Assembly: GCA_963729895.1 (NCBI GenBank)
Contig: CAVSQB010000009.1
Coordinates: 137,565 to 201,564, forward strand
Source: an uncultured Fibrobacterota bacterium
Lineage (GTDB): Bacteria > Fibrobacterota > Chitinivibrionia > Chitinivibrionales > FEN-1185
Length of the DNA: 64,000 nt
Direction of reading: 5' to 3'
The notes below the pieces were generated by a model, which was not told the origin of the DNA, did not search any database, and saw only the letters and a program-made list of their open reading frames with translations. The stretch's first letter is position 1; the number at the start of each line of letters is the position of its first letter. Shown one piece after another: positions 1 to 10,464 of the stretch. The position numbers were made by a program, and so were the translations under genes.

Positions 1-260
1 CGCACAAGCAGGTTCAATGGTCGATGAACGTTTGCAAGAACGGGATATCAATGTCTCTTGTCAACCATGCCCGTTCATCGCTCAAACTGTATTCCCTGCA
101 GGGGAAACTCACGGCAGACTATACAGGCCTGGTGAGAGGCATGGGCAACGGCGCCGCGTTCCTGCCTTTTTCCGCCCTCACCCGGGTCGGCGGCGTCTAT
201 ATCGTGAAACTTGACAACGGGCAGTCAATAGCAATGGACAGAATAGTCATCTCCAAATAA
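1..260 (+). CDS. 3' end of a secreted protein (partial); C-terminal T9SS-CTD-like module, possibly another member of the downstream array
   Basis: Frame ends SLKLYSLQGKLTADYT...GVYIVKLDNG...VISK*, the same C-terminal module as the four following genes; 5' part lies outside the window. Confidence 0.75.
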   Translation, partial: HKQVQWSMNVCKNGISMSLVNHARSSLKLYSLQGKLTADYTGLVRGMGNGAAFLPFSALTRVGGVYIVKLDNGQSIAMDRIVISK

Positions 261-272
261 AAGGAGTTCCTT

Positions 273-1988
273 ATGACAGTCGGCAAGTTTCTCGTTCTGC
301 TCGCCTGCGCGTGGGCAGTGCTTTGCGTTGTGCCTGCAAAAACCTGTGCCCAGGCCATTCCAAAACCGGCCGAACAGTTCGGCGCAATATCTATGGACGG
401 GATGTGGACATGGTACGGCGAACCCAAGGCGGTATATTATGAGGGTACGCACCGGCGTACCTACATGACGTGGAACACGAGCAGTGGGACAAAGGGAATC
501 GGCTACTACGACCACGACACCAAAGACACTGCAACCGCATCATTGCCGAAAATGCCCTACAACGGCAGCGACCATAATCATCCGGCCATCATCATGCGGC
601 CAGACGGCAAGATCGTTACTTTCTGTACCGGCCATGACGGCGGCGAGGTAACCGAATACATTTCCAAGAATCCCGAAGACATAACGTCGGGATGGGACGG
701 GCCGTATTACCCGGGCGGTAACGGCGGCTACTGCTACTGCAACGCCGTGTTTCTCAAAAACGAGGGCACACAGGGACGCTTCTACATTTTTTACCGGGAC
801 AATACGCAATATACCGGAGAAACGACCAACTACTGCCCTGCCTTCTGCACCAGCGACGACTGGGGTGTCACATGGAGCGCCAAGAAACGGCTGTATGTCT
901 ATGTGGGCAGCGCGTATAAGCCTTACCTCAAGTACGCCTCGGACGGGCTTTCGGAAATATACATATCCATCGAATACCAGAACCGGGAAGGTGACGGAAA
1001 AGGCAGGCCCGATTACTTTATGAAGTACAGTAACGGAACTTTCTACACCGTGGACAACAGGGTGCTCGCCACCATGGCAACGCTACCGGTTGTCAACACG
1101 CAGCTCGACACCATTTTCTACCCGTATACCTACGGGGCCGGGTTCAGCAACACCTGTTGCGACATAGCAATCGACGCCAACAACAATCCGGTTATCCTGT
1201 ACTGCGCGTTCCAGAGCACGACACTGTACGAGTACTGGTACATGCGTTGGACCGGCACCTCATGGTTCAAACGGCCGCTCATAAACAGCGGCGCCTACCG
1301 CGGCGCCCAGAGCGGATTTTTTGCCGGCCTCACCTTCGACCATGAGAACCCGAACAACATCTATGTGTGCAGGCAGCTTCTCAGGCCGTCGGGAACGCCC
1401 TTTAATCTGATGGACACATCGGTTGCAAATTACAAAACCCTCTCCGCCGCCGCATGGGTGACGGTCGACACGGTTCACGAACTTGACAGATGGACAACCC
1501 CGGACGGCGGCGTAACCTGGGACAGCATCGCCATCACCCGTGGATCGCTCAACAAGAACATGCTGCCCTGCGTGCCGCGCAACCACAAACCCAACATGAA
1601 GATCGACTGTATGTGGCTCAACGGCGTGTACACCAGCATGGATGCCAGCGGTTACAATTGCGCGGTGAGAGTATTCCCCTATAAAGACGGAGAATCGCTC
1701 CCAACTACGGCAGTACAGCCCGCGTACCAATCGACCTTCGCGCCGCGAGGAATGGTTTGCAACGGCACGGGTGTGACTTTTTCCTTGATTCATCCGGAAA
1801 GGGCTTCATTCAAGGTGTATTCGCTGAACGGCAGGATTGTGGCAGACCTGACATCTCTGGTGCGAACGATGAATGCAGGCCATGCGACACTTCCCTTTTC
1901 GGCCATGCACATTTCCAATGAGGCCTGCGTTGTTGACCTTGACAATGGAAGTACGAGAACCGTGAGGAGCTTTGTGGTTACTAAATAG
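273..1988 (+). CDS. Secreted BNR_4-repeat (Asp-box) beta-propeller protein with C-terminal CTD-like module
   Basis: RBS AAGGAG; signal peptide; WTWYGEPKA, DHNHP, Asp-boxes SDDWGVTW and TPDGGVTW; 571 aa. Confidence 0.85.
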   Translation: MTVGKFLVLLACAWAVLCVVPAKTCAQAIPKPAEQFGAISMDGMWTWYGEPKAVYYEGTHRRTYMTWNTSSGTKGIGYYDHDTKDTATASLPKMPYNGSDHNHPAIIMRPDGKIVTFCTGHDGGEVTEYISKNPEDITSGWDGPYYPGGNGGYCYCNAVFLKNEGTQGRFYIFYRDNTQYTGETTNYCPAFCTSDDWGVTWSAKKRLYVYVGSAYKPYLKYASDGLSEIYISIEYQNREGDGKGRPDYFMKYSNGTFYTVDNRVLATMATLPVVNTQLDTIFYPYTYGAGFSNTCCDIAIDANNNPVILYCAFQSTTLYEYWYMRWTGTSWFKRPLINSGAYRGAQSGFFAGLTFDHENPNNIYVCRQLLRPSGTPFNLMDTSVANYKTLSAAAWVTVDTVHELDRWTTPDGGVTWDSIAITRGSLNKNMLPCVPRNHKPNMKIDCMWLNGVYTSMDASGYNCAVRVFPYKDGESLPTTAVQPAYQSTFAPRGMVCNGTGVTFSLIHPERASFKVYSLNGRIVADLTSLVRTMNAGHATLPFSAMHISNEACVVDLDNGSTRTVRSFVVTK

Positions 1989-2002
1989 AAAAAGGGGGAG
2001 TC

Positions 2003-3724
2003 ATGAAATGCGGAAGAGGCCTTTCTCTGTGTCTATGCCTGATTGCCCTGGTATTTTGCGTGTCGAACACAAGGGCCCAGGCAATCCCGAAGCCCGGCGA
2101 GCAATTCGCCGGGATCACCAACGACGGCATGTGGACCTGGTACGGCGAGCCGAAGGCGGTCTATTTTGAAGGGGTGCATCGGCGGACCTACATGGCCTGG
2201 AACAAGAGCACCGGCGACAAACAGGTCGCGTACTACGACCACGATACAAAGGAAACCCTGTCGGTGATCATGCCGAAAATGCCCTACAATGGCGACGACC
2301 ACGATCATCCCTCCATCATAATGCGGCCCGACGGCAGGCTCCTCTTTTTCTGCACAGGACATGACGGCAACGAGGTTACCGAATACATTATGAAGAATCC
2401 GGAAGACCTTTCGTCCGGATGGAACGGTCCCTATTATCCTGGCGGCAACGGCGGGTACTGCTACCCGAATGCGGTGTTTCTCAAAAACGAGGGAACACAA
2501 GGCCGATTCTATATTTTCTACCGGGACAATACACAGCTTTCGCCAACGGATTCCGTCAATTATTGTCCTTCCTTCTGCACCAGCGACGACTGGGGAGTCA
2601 CCTGGAGCGCCAAGAAGCGGCTTTACCAATACGTGGGAAGCGCGTACAAACCGTATCTCAAGTACGCCACCGACGGGCTTTCGGAAATATATATATCCAT
2701 CGAATTCCAGAACCGGGAGGGAGCAGGACAGGGCAGGCCCGACTACTTCATGAAATACAGCAACGGGACATTTTATACCGCGGACAACAGACAGCTTGCC
2801 ACCATGGCGACGCTGCCGGTGTTCAACACACAGCTCGACACCATTTTCTACGCCTACCGGTACGGTGCCGGCTTCAGCAACACAGCGTGCGACATAGCAA
2901 TCGACCCGAACAACAATCCGGTTATTCTGTACTGCTCGTTTCTCGACACATCGCTGTACGAGTACTGGTACATGCGTTGGACGGGCACGTCATGGTTCAA
3001 AAGACCGATTGTCAACAGCGGGGCCTATCGCGGCGCACAAAGCGGATTCTTTGCCGGCCTCACCTTCGACCACGAGAACGCCAATAACATTTACGTATGC
3101 CGGCAACTCCTGAAGCCGGGCACCCCGGCCTTCAATCTGCAGGATACTTCGGTGGCAAATTACAAGACCATCAAGGCATCCGATTGGGTGACGGTCGACG
3201 CGGTGCACGAACTTGAACGCTGGACAACCACGGACGGCGGCATCACCTGGGACACCATCGCAATCACCCGCAATTCCGCCAACAAGAACATGCTTCCCTG
3301 CGTTCCCCGGAACCACAAGCCCAACATGCAGGTGGACGTCATGTGGCTTAACGGCGTGTACACAAGCATGAGCCCTGATAATGGCGGCTACAATTGTGCA
3401 GTGAGAATATTTCCTTACTTGCCGGGTGAAGCGCTCCCGACCACGGCCGCGCAGCCCGTGTTCCGGTCCACCCTTGCGCCCAAAGGAATGGTTTGTAACA
3501 GCTTGGGCGTAACCTTCTTCTTGGTGCATCCGGAAAGGGCTTCATGCAGGGTATATTCGCTGAACGGCAGCCTGATCGCGGACCTTACGTCCACGGTTCG
3601 CAGGATGAGCGCCGGCCATGCCACACTCCCCTTTTCGTCAATGCGTCCAGCAAACGGGGCCTGCGTCGTGGCACTTGACAACGGAAGCACGAGAACAACA
3701 GGGAACGTGTTCGTTGTAAAATAG
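2003..3724 (+). CDS. Secreted BNR_4-repeat beta-propeller protein, close paralogue of 273..1988
   Basis: Long stretches identical to the preceding gene (YYPGGNGGYCY, GAYRGAQSGFFAGLTFDHEN); DDHDHP; signal peptide; CTD. Confidence 0.85.
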   Translation: MKCGRGLSLCLCLIALVFCVSNTRAQAIPKPGEQFAGITNDGMWTWYGEPKAVYFEGVHRRTYMAWNKSTGDKQVAYYDHDTKETLSVIMPKMPYNGDDHDHPSIIMRPDGRLLFFCTGHDGNEVTEYIMKNPEDLSSGWNGPYYPGGNGGYCYPNAVFLKNEGTQGRFYIFYRDNTQLSPTDSVNYCPSFCTSDDWGVTWSAKKRLYQYVGSAYKPYLKYATDGLSEIYISIEFQNREGAGQGRPDYFMKYSNGTFYTADNRQLATMATLPVFNTQLDTIFYAYRYGAGFSNTACDIAIDPNNNPVILYCSFLDTSLYEYWYMRWTGTSWFKRPIVNSGAYRGAQSGFFAGLTFDHENANNIYVCRQLLKPGTPAFNLQDTSVANYKTIKASDWVTVDAVHELERWTTTDGGITWDTIAITRNSANKNMLPCVPRNHKPNMQVDVMWLNGVYTSMSPDNGGYNCAVRIFPYLPGEALPTTAAQPVFRSTLAPKGMVCNSLGVTFFLVHPERASCRVYSLNGSLIADLTSTVRRMSAGHATLPFSSMRPANGACVVALDNGSTRTTGNVFVVK

Positions 3725-3847
3725 GCCAGCCAAGGCGCGGCATTCGCAAGATTTCATGATGCGAATGGATCATTTGTGGTTATATTAGACGATGGCAAGG
3801 CACGGCAACCAAGGTCGCTGCAAAGGTAATTGAGGGAGGAATTCAAT

Positions 3848-5428
3848 ATGCGGATGAAGTCGATCCTTTGGAGTTCGATGCTTCTTTTCGCAGCATCGGG
3901 ATACGTGCACCTGGGTAGCGCGCAGGCGGTCCCCAAGCCGGGCGCAAACTTTACTTCGATCACCGGAAACGGCGCATGGACTTGGTATGGAAACCCGGTT
4001 TCGATTTACTACGAGGGCAAATACAGAAAGACCTACATGGGTTGGATTTCCAACACCGGTGTCATCGCCGTTGCATCGTACGACCATGCGACAGGCGATA
4101 CGGCCACCAAGGTGATCCGGACCGGCTATGCGGTCGACGACCATAACCACCCGAGCCTGCTCATGCGCCCCGACGGACACCTCATGGTGTTCTTTTGCGG
4201 CCACGACGGAGCAACGATGAGCCTGTATGTTTCCACCAATCCCGAAGACATCTCCTCGTTCGGCCCGGAACTTCAAGTCGCTCCCGGCCCGGGCATCACC
4301 TACGCCTATCCCAACCCAATGTTCCTGAGCGCGGAAGGTGATAGCGGCAGGATTTTCCTCTTCTACCGCAGCATGGGGCTCAAGCCGTGCTTCACCTACA
4401 GCGATGACTGGGGAAAGACTTGGACACCCACAAAAAACTATTACACCAATCCGGATAGCACGCCCAAGTCGTATGTCAACTACTGCTGCAACGGCAAGGA
4501 CGAAATTGACATGGTAATCGAAAAAGGGCATCGTGCAGGCTACTGGCCCCTATATTTCCTCAGGTACAAGAACGGCGCTTTTTACAAAATTGACGGCACC
4601 CAACTGGCCACCATGGACCAATTGCCTGTCTTGAACACCGAGCTCGACACCGTGATGGACCCCGCTTCTTCGGGCTGCCACGGCTCCGCATGGGACATAA
4701 CCCTTGACAACAACGGATATCCCGTGGTGGCCTACGACCAGTTCAAGGACGCCAACAACCACATCTACTACTATGTCCGCTGGACCGGGACGTCCTGGTT
4801 CAAACAGGCGTTGGTGAACAGCGGGGCCGACATGGGAGCCGAAGACGGGTTCGCCGGAGGCGTAACCCTCAATCACGACTACCCAGGCATCGTGTACATG
4901 TCGCGACAGATAAACGGCATGCATGAAATCGACAAATGGATGACTTCCGACGGCGGAACTACCTGGGATTCTGCGGCCATCACACGCGGCTCGGCAAACA
5001 AGAACACCCGCCCCATCGTGCCCCGCGGACACGTGATGGGCGACAAACTTGAGGTGATATGGATGTACGGCTCCTACACCGCATTCACCGGTACCGGATT
5101 CAACACCGCGGTAAAGATGTATGCTTTTAATGAGACCGTGGGGGTAAAAGACCGCTTATCAGCGGCGTCAACCGTGAACGGCGGGCTGGTCCGGTTGTCA
5201 AAAGCCGGCATGTCGATCGACCTTGTCAATCGAGCTCAGTCATCGCTCAAATTGTACTCCTTGGATGGCCGCCTTGTGGCCGACCTCACGCGCTTCTTGC
5301 GGGAAGCAAACGCGAGTCCGGTATTTGTTCCCTTTTCCCAGGTGCGCTGCGCATCCGGCGCCTGCCTGCTTGAATTGAATCACAATGGTTTTCGAACTGT
5401 GGAAAAGGTGATGGTTTCTCGTCGGTAA
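3848..5428 (+). CDS. Secreted BNR_4-repeat beta-propeller protein
   Basis: ATG 3848 after GAGGGAGGA; GAWTWY, DDHNHP, YSDDWGKTW, TSDGGTTW; CTD. Confidence 0.85.
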   Translation: MRMKSILWSSMLLFAASGYVHLGSAQAVPKPGANFTSITGNGAWTWYGNPVSIYYEGKYRKTYMGWISNTGVIAVASYDHATGDTATKVIRTGYAVDDHNHPSLLMRPDGHLMVFFCGHDGATMSLYVSTNPEDISSFGPELQVAPGPGITYAYPNPMFLSAEGDSGRIFLFYRSMGLKPCFTYSDDWGKTWTPTKNYYTNPDSTPKSYVNYCCNGKDEIDMVIEKGHRAGYWPLYFLRYKNGAFYKIDGTQLATMDQLPVLNTELDTVMDPASSGCHGSAWDITLDNNGYPVVAYDQFKDANNHIYYYVRWTGTSWFKQALVNSGADMGAEDGFAGGVTLNHDYPGIVYMSRQINGMHEIDKWMTSDGGTTWDSAAITRGSANKNTRPIVPRGHVMGDKLEVIWMYGSYTAFTGTGFNTAVKMYAFNETVGVKDRLSAASTVNGGLVRLSKAGMSIDLVNRAQSSLKLYSLDGRLVADLTRFLREANASPVFVPFSQVRCASGACLLELNHNGFRTVEKVMVSRR

Positions 5429-5483
5429 AAGATATCCGGCAACGTTCGTTTGTTTTGTTGTATGTAATGAGCTTTCCTGGAAA

Positions 5484-5504
5484 GCACCCTCATCATGAGG
5501 GTGC
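5484..5504. other. Intergenic hairpin GCACCCTCA-TCA-TGAGGGTGC (possible terminator or operator)
   Basis: Perfect 9-bp inverted repeat, no clear U-tract. Confidence 0.35.
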
Positions 5505-5594
5505 CTGTCACTATGTCAAGACAGTACAGGATTTCCGTGATCGGGAATTTCTTGATCGATTAAGCGATATTGAAATCCAAAAGGGGGGAAAATC

Positions 5595-7271
5595 ATGCGT
5601 TCCATCAAGGTGCCGGTTCTTTCTTTCTTGACGCTTTTAGTCGCGTTTTCTGTCCCGCAAAATCTTTTTGCGCAAACAATCCCGCAACCGGGCGAAAGTT
5701 TCTCCGAAATCACCAACAATGGTATGTGGACGTGGTACGGCGAACCAAAAGCCGTTTACTACGAGGGAGTGCACCGGCGCACCTACATCGGCTGGAACTC
5801 CAACATCAGCACGGGCGCGCAATTTGTCGGTTACTACGATCACGACACAAAAACAACCGCCCAGGTCGAGCTTCCAAGGCATTATCCCGCAGACGACCAC
5901 AACCACCCGAGTGTAATCGTGCGGCCCGACGGCCGGATTATGATTTTCCACACCGGACACGACGGCAAGGAAATTTCCGAATACATTTCCAAGAACCCCG
6001 AAGATATTACGGCTCTGGATACTTTTACGGTAACCATACTCGACTGGTGCTGCTACCCCAACGTCTGCTTCCTCAAGAACGAAGGCACTCAAGGAAGATA
6101 CTACCTGTTTTTCCGAGACCTGAACCAAGAACCGTGGTTCCGTACCAGCGACGACTGGGGAGTAACATGGAGCAAAGAGCTTAATCTTTATACCAACAAC
6201 CCGCACGGCTACAAGCCGTATTTAAAATGCGCATCGAACGGAATCGACGAAATCCATATCGACGTAGAGCGTGAGAACCGCGCCGGCGGCGGCAACATCC
6301 CCACCTATTACATGAAATACAAGAACGGCGCGTTTTACCAGGCAAGCGGTGCGCTGATCACCACCATCGACAAGCTTCCCATTGTCAATACCGTCCTCGA
6401 CACCGTGATATATCCCGGCGCCTACGGCGCGGGCGGGACGGTGTGGGACATCGCGTACGACAAAAACGACAATCCCCTTATTCTGTACGATATGTTCTTC
6501 AACAACAACTCAACTCATGTGTACTGGTATTTGCGGTGGACCGGAAGCTATTGGTTCAAAAGGCCGCTGGTGAACAGCGGCAATAACATGGGCGTCGCCG
6601 GGCAGCAGTTCTGCGGCGGGTTTACCTTCGACCACGAAAACCCGAACGTTATTTACGTGTCGCGCCAATTGTTGAAACCCAGCGCCACCCCGTTCAATCT
6701 TGCGGACACAAGTTTTGCAAATTACAAGAAGATTGCCCTAACGAATTTTGTGACCGTCGATTCCGGGTTCGAACTTGACAAGTGGACAACAGCCGACAGC
6801 GGCCTTACCTGGGACTCGGCGGCCATCACGCGCGGGTCGGCTGCAAAGAATATTCGTCCCTGCGTACCGCGCGGTCACAAGGACAACGAGAACATCAACG
6901 TAATCTGGCTCGACGGCACCTGCACGAGCATGGGCGGCGACGGTTACAACATGGCGATACGGATGTATCCGACCGACAGGACGGTGCCCGCGCTCCCGGT
7001 GAGCCGGACTCCTGCACCCAACGCAGCCGCGGATCTCCGGATTACCACAACAGGAATTCAGGTTACGCTTGTCCGGCCGTCGCGCGCGTCCCTGAAAATC
7101 TATTCCCTTGCAGGCAGGCTCGTTGCCGACTTGACAAAACGGATCAGGGCCGCAAGCTCCGGGTTCGTAACGATTCCGTTAGCTGAGATCGGGTGCCCGA
7201 AAGGAACGTACCTTGTAAAACTCGACAACGGGGAATACGGGGTCACAAAGAGCGTGGTGACGCTCAGGTAG
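5595..7271 (+). CDS. Secreted BNR_4-repeat beta-propeller protein
   Basis: Signal peptide; WTWYGEPKA, DDHNHP, TSDDWGVTW; CTD. Confidence 0.85.
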   Translation: MRSIKVPVLSFLTLLVAFSVPQNLFAQTIPQPGESFSEITNNGMWTWYGEPKAVYYEGVHRRTYIGWNSNISTGAQFVGYYDHDTKTTAQVELPRHYPADDHNHPSVIVRPDGRIMIFHTGHDGKEISEYISKNPEDITALDTFTVTILDWCCYPNVCFLKNEGTQGRYYLFFRDLNQEPWFRTSDDWGVTWSKELNLYTNNPHGYKPYLKCASNGIDEIHIDVERENRAGGGNIPTYYMKYKNGAFYQASGALITTIDKLPIVNTVLDTVIYPGAYGAGGTVWDIAYDKNDNPLILYDMFFNNNSTHVYWYLRWTGSYWFKRPLVNSGNNMGVAGQQFCGGFTFDHENPNVIYVSRQLLKPSATPFNLADTSFANYKKIALTNFVTVDSGFELDKWTTADSGLTWDSAAITRGSAAKNIRPCVPRGHKDNENINVIWLDGTCTSMGGDGYNMAIRMYPTDRTVPALPVSRTPAPNAAADLRITTTGIQVTLVRPSRASLKIYSLAGRLVADLTKRIRAASSGFVTIPLAEIGCPKGTYLVKLDNGEYGVTKSVVTLR

Positions 7272-7402
7272 CCGGCGTCCCTGGCCGGTTACTTTCCTTG
7301 TCGGACGTTGCGGAAGCATGCCGTCGCGCGCTCGTGGAAGTATATGCGTTTGCATTTAATCGTTTCAATAGCTTGTCAAACAAGTATGAAAGGAATACCA
7401 AA

Positions 7403-8749
7403 GTGAAACCGGTAACATTGCTCTTCGGTTTCTGTATTGTACTGGTTACGCAATTTGCAGCTGCCCAGCCCGAATTCACCCCGGACAGCATCAAGGGGGC
7501 ATGCAAACGCGTGGCAAAGGCGCGCCTGAAGTCCACCCAGGACAACGGATGGCAGGGCGGGGCGTATTACGAAGGCGTCATGGCCCTGTATAATATGGCA
7601 AAGGACAAGCAATATCTCGACAGTACCGTCGCGTGGGGAAACTACCACAAGTGGCTGTCCACCTCGTCCGACACATTCACCACAAATTACGACGACATCT
7701 GTTGTTATCAGGCCTATCTGGAAACCTATCTGGCTGATCCTCAATCCGCGAATTTACCGCATGTTCAGCCGGCGCTCGATTATATCGAACGGTACACCTA
7801 CCAGATTTGCCCCAACAAGTGCGGTGCCGTGGCATGGCCTATCGTTGACCAATATCAAATGGCTGCGCCAAACTATCCTCGTGCGGCCCTCATTCTCAAC
7901 GACACGGTCATGTATGATTCGATTTACCATTTTACCGTCATGAACGCAACCCACCACTACAATGTCAAATTCCACCTTTTCAATTCGAATTGCAGCGACA
8001 CCAACACTACTCGACAATGGTGGGGCCGCGGCTGCGGCTGGGGCGTGTGCGCGACATGCAGGATTCACCAGTACCTGCCGGTAGGCCACCCGGGACGCGT
8101 CTGGTGCGAGCAGAGAATTATTGAGACCTGCGCGGAGCTCTTGACCCTGCAGAACGATACCGACGGCATGTGGCGCAGCGAGCTGTTTACGCCAGCCTGG
8201 AACAAGGAGGCGAGCTGTACCGGTCTCTTCTGCTACGAGTTTCTGTACGCCATCCGCAACGGAATCGTTGACAGCGCCACATACATAGGTCCGGCCAAGA
8301 AAGCATGGAAAGGCATGCTTGACTGCATCGGCGTTGACCCCGCCCAGCCTGACCTGATCGGGTGGTCTCAAGGCGTGGGCGGCTCGCCTTCCAACAACTT
8401 CGGTATCACCAACCACGACGAATATACCGAAGGCGGGTTCTTCCTCGCGGGGAACGAGTTTTATCGGCTGCTTACCGAGGGGGTGGTGCACACAGGGACT
8501 CCGGTCGGCAGGTCTGTTGCACCTGCGTCGTCCCCCAGGCATGCGGCGGCTGTCCGGGTGACGACCTGTCTTGACAAGTCAATGCGACTCGCCGCACCCC
8601 AGGGGGCGGTGGGACTCGAAGTCTATTCCCTCGACGGGCGTCTTGTCGGCCGAACAAACATCACAGAGGCGGCGATATCAAGGTTCGCGGCACGTGTAAA
8701 CGGCTTGCAAACCAATGGTCCGTTCATCGTCAAATACCTGTTCCAGTAA
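7403..8749 (+). CDS. Secreted GH105/GH88-family unsaturated uronyl hydrolase with C-terminal CTD-like module
   Basis: GTG start 7403 after AAAGGA; motifs WQGGAYYEGVMALY, DDICC, WPIVDQYQM, WWGRGCGW, LQ..DGMW, KEAS, AKKAW, GFFLAG. Confidence 0.8.
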   Translation: MKPVTLLFGFCIVLVTQFAAAQPEFTPDSIKGACKRVAKARLKSTQDNGWQGGAYYEGVMALYNMAKDKQYLDSTVAWGNYHKWLSTSSDTFTTNYDDICCYQAYLETYLADPQSANLPHVQPALDYIERYTYQICPNKCGAVAWPIVDQYQMAAPNYPRAALILNDTVMYDSIYHFTVMNATHHYNVKFHLFNSNCSDTNTTRQWWGRGCGWGVCATCRIHQYLPVGHPGRVWCEQRIIETCAELLTLQNDTDGMWRSELFTPAWNKEASCTGLFCYEFLYAIRNGIVDSATYIGPAKKAWKGMLDCIGVDPAQPDLIGWSQGVGGSPSNNFGITNHDEYTEGGFFLAGNEFYRLLTEGVVHTGTPVGRSVAPASSPRHAAAVRVTTCLDKSMRLAAPQGAVGLEVYSLDGRLVGRTNITEAAISRFAARVNGLQTNGPFIVKYLFQ

Positions 8750-8769
8750 GAAACCGTTGCACTACATTC

Positions 8770-8803
8770 AAGAAAGCCGCCCCGCGCTCCGGGCGGCTTT
8801 CTT
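8770..8803. terminator. Bidirectional intrinsic terminator between convergent GH105 and cytochrome genes
   Basis: AAGAAAGCCGCCC...GGGCGGCTTTCTT 13-bp stem. Confidence 0.75.
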
Positions 8804-8823
8804 CGTTTGATAAACGGATATCA

Positions 8824-9564
8824 CTACGGCAGGAGCAGAGGCGGCCGCGCACCAGTCACTACCTTGGCGGCCGCCTGCTGGCTCTTGTATTCCTCCCAAG
8901 TATTCCAGGAGTGGCATGCGCCGCAATACCCGGGATCGAACACGCCGTTTATGTGCGTCGCGGGATCAACGGCATTGTTTGGGACGCTGTAAAGTGAGTC
9001 ATGACAGTTGTTACAGCGGTTCACATTGCCACCAACCGTCTTGTTGCCGATTGCCGGATATGCCTTGAGCGCATGACCGTAGTGGAACGTGTAAATGCTG
9101 TTTGAATCGCTTGTAGTAGTTGAGAGGTCATGGCACGCGCCGCACGATCTGTCAATCGAATCCGCGCTCCATTGGACCGTTGCATGCGTTCCCTGCGGAA
9201 TTCCTCCGTGGCAATACACATTGCTGCATTGCCCGGAGCCTAGGTCGTAGGCGGCCTTCCCGCTGTCGTCCCAAGGACTTGAGAAAACTACATCGATGCG
9301 GCCGTTCATGTGCGTGAGCGTGTCGACGTAGTAGGTATTGGTGGTTGGGTCTGCCGCATAGCCAAGGTGGCAACGGGAGCAGGCGTAGCCGAGCGTGTCC
9401 ACATGGTACGCGTGAGCGCGGTCTGACGGCGGAAGGCCGTGGCAAATTCCGCATTCGTCGGCGGCAATCGTTGCTCCGGGCGCACCAACCCCATCGTTCA
9501 CCTCACTGCAGTTCAAGACCAGCAAGGCCAGAACCGCCGCTATCATGCCGCATGTTTTCTTCAT
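8824..9564 (-). CDS. Multiheme c-type cytochrome lipoprotein (5 CxxCH + 1 CxxxxCH)
   Basis: Start ATG 9564 overlaps the upstream stop (ATGA); lipobox-like LLVLNC; CGICH, CSRCH, CSNVYCH, CGACH, CNNCH, CGACH; H.NG..D motifs as in Geobacter-type CxxxxCH/CxxCH domains. Confidence 0.85.
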   Translation of the reverse strand: MKKTCGMIAAVLALLVLNCSEVNDGVGAPGATIAADECGICHGLPPSDRAHAYHVDTLGYACSRCHLGYAADPTTNTYYVDTLTHMNGRIDVVFSSPWDDSGKAAYDLGSGQCSNVYCHGGIPQGTHATVQWSADSIDRSCGACHDLSTTTSDSNSIYTFHYGHALKAYPAIGNKTVGGNVNRCNNCHDSLYSVPNNAVDPATHINGVFDPGYCGACHSWNTWEEYKSQQAAAKVVTGARPPLLLP

Positions 9565-10463
9565 CGTAGTCTGTTCTCGTGACACTGACTGCACGAATTC
9601 CTTTCGTGGCACATTGCGCAATTGCTCACGTCCATCCGAACGTCATTGCCGTGCATAAACCGGTAGCCCGGCGGATGAATCCGGCACGATGTTTGTCCAA
9701 AGTGGCACCTGTCGCACTCCTGTTTGCTGTGACACTGCATGCATTCGGCTTTGTTGTAATCGGCTTCCATGCCATGGCCGTTTCTTCCAACCCACGCATA
9801 CGTGTGCGACTTGGGCTTGATTTGCGCCAGATCGTTGTGGCATAGGGAACACTGGCCGGACGATTTGCGGTCATCGTGGCATGTGAGGCACGTCTTCATG
9901 GCCGGATAATTGTTTTGCGCCATCCAGTTCGCCCGCTGCGGCTCGGCATGGCAACGGCCGCAGTCTTTCACCCGTGCATAGTGCTTTTCATGAGAGAATT
10001 TTACCCGGTACAGATCGGACTGCATCGTTTTCTTTTCGGGCGTTTTGTGGCAGCTCGTGCAGCTCATGTCCATGTTGCGCTGCACATGGCATACCCCGCA
10101 CCCTTTGTGCATTGTCTCCATGCCGCGTACGCCCTTGTGGCACTGGCTGCACTGTTTGATTCGGCCGTCGTTGCCTTGGCGGTGGTGGCACACAATGCAC
10201 GAAATGCCGGCCTTTTCGAACACGCGATGCGACAACACAACAGGCCCCGGGCTCCAGCCCACCTTTACGGCGGAAAGCCCGGTGTCTTGTGCGGAAACGA
10301 ATGAATCCACCGAGGTAAGTATCACCGTGTCGGTGGAAATCGAGTCATGGAGGAAAACGTCAGGCTGCGAGCAGCCCGGTCGGGCCGCAAACGCCATAAT
10401 TGCGCCGGCGCATGACACCACCGACCAGACCCGCTTCACAATTCTGCGATTGTCGTTTGTCAT
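9561..10463 (-). CDS. Periplasmic 11-heme c-type cytochrome (cytochrome c3-like modules)
   Basis: 11 CxxCH: CIVCH, CSQCH, CGVCH, CTSCH, CGRCH, CLTCH, CSLCH, CMQCH, CDRCH, CAMCH, CSQCH; c3-type LSH..F and FSHEKH motifs; N-terminal signal. Confidence 0.9.
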   Translation of the reverse strand: MTNDNRRIVKRVWSVVSCAGAIMAFAARPGCSQPDVFLHDSISTDTVILTSVDSFVSAQDTGLSAVKVGWSPGPVVLSHRVFEKAGISCIVCHHRQGNDGRIKQCSQCHKGVRGMETMHKGCGVCHVQRNMDMSCTSCHKTPEKKTMQSDLYRVKFSHEKHYARVKDCGRCHAEPQRANWMAQNNYPAMKTCLTCHDDRKSSGQCSLCHNDLAQIKPKSHTYAWVGRNGHGMEADYNKAECMQCHSKQECDRCHFGQTSCRIHPPGYRFMHGNDVRMDVSNCAMCHERNSCSQCHENRLR

Positions 10464-10464
10464 G

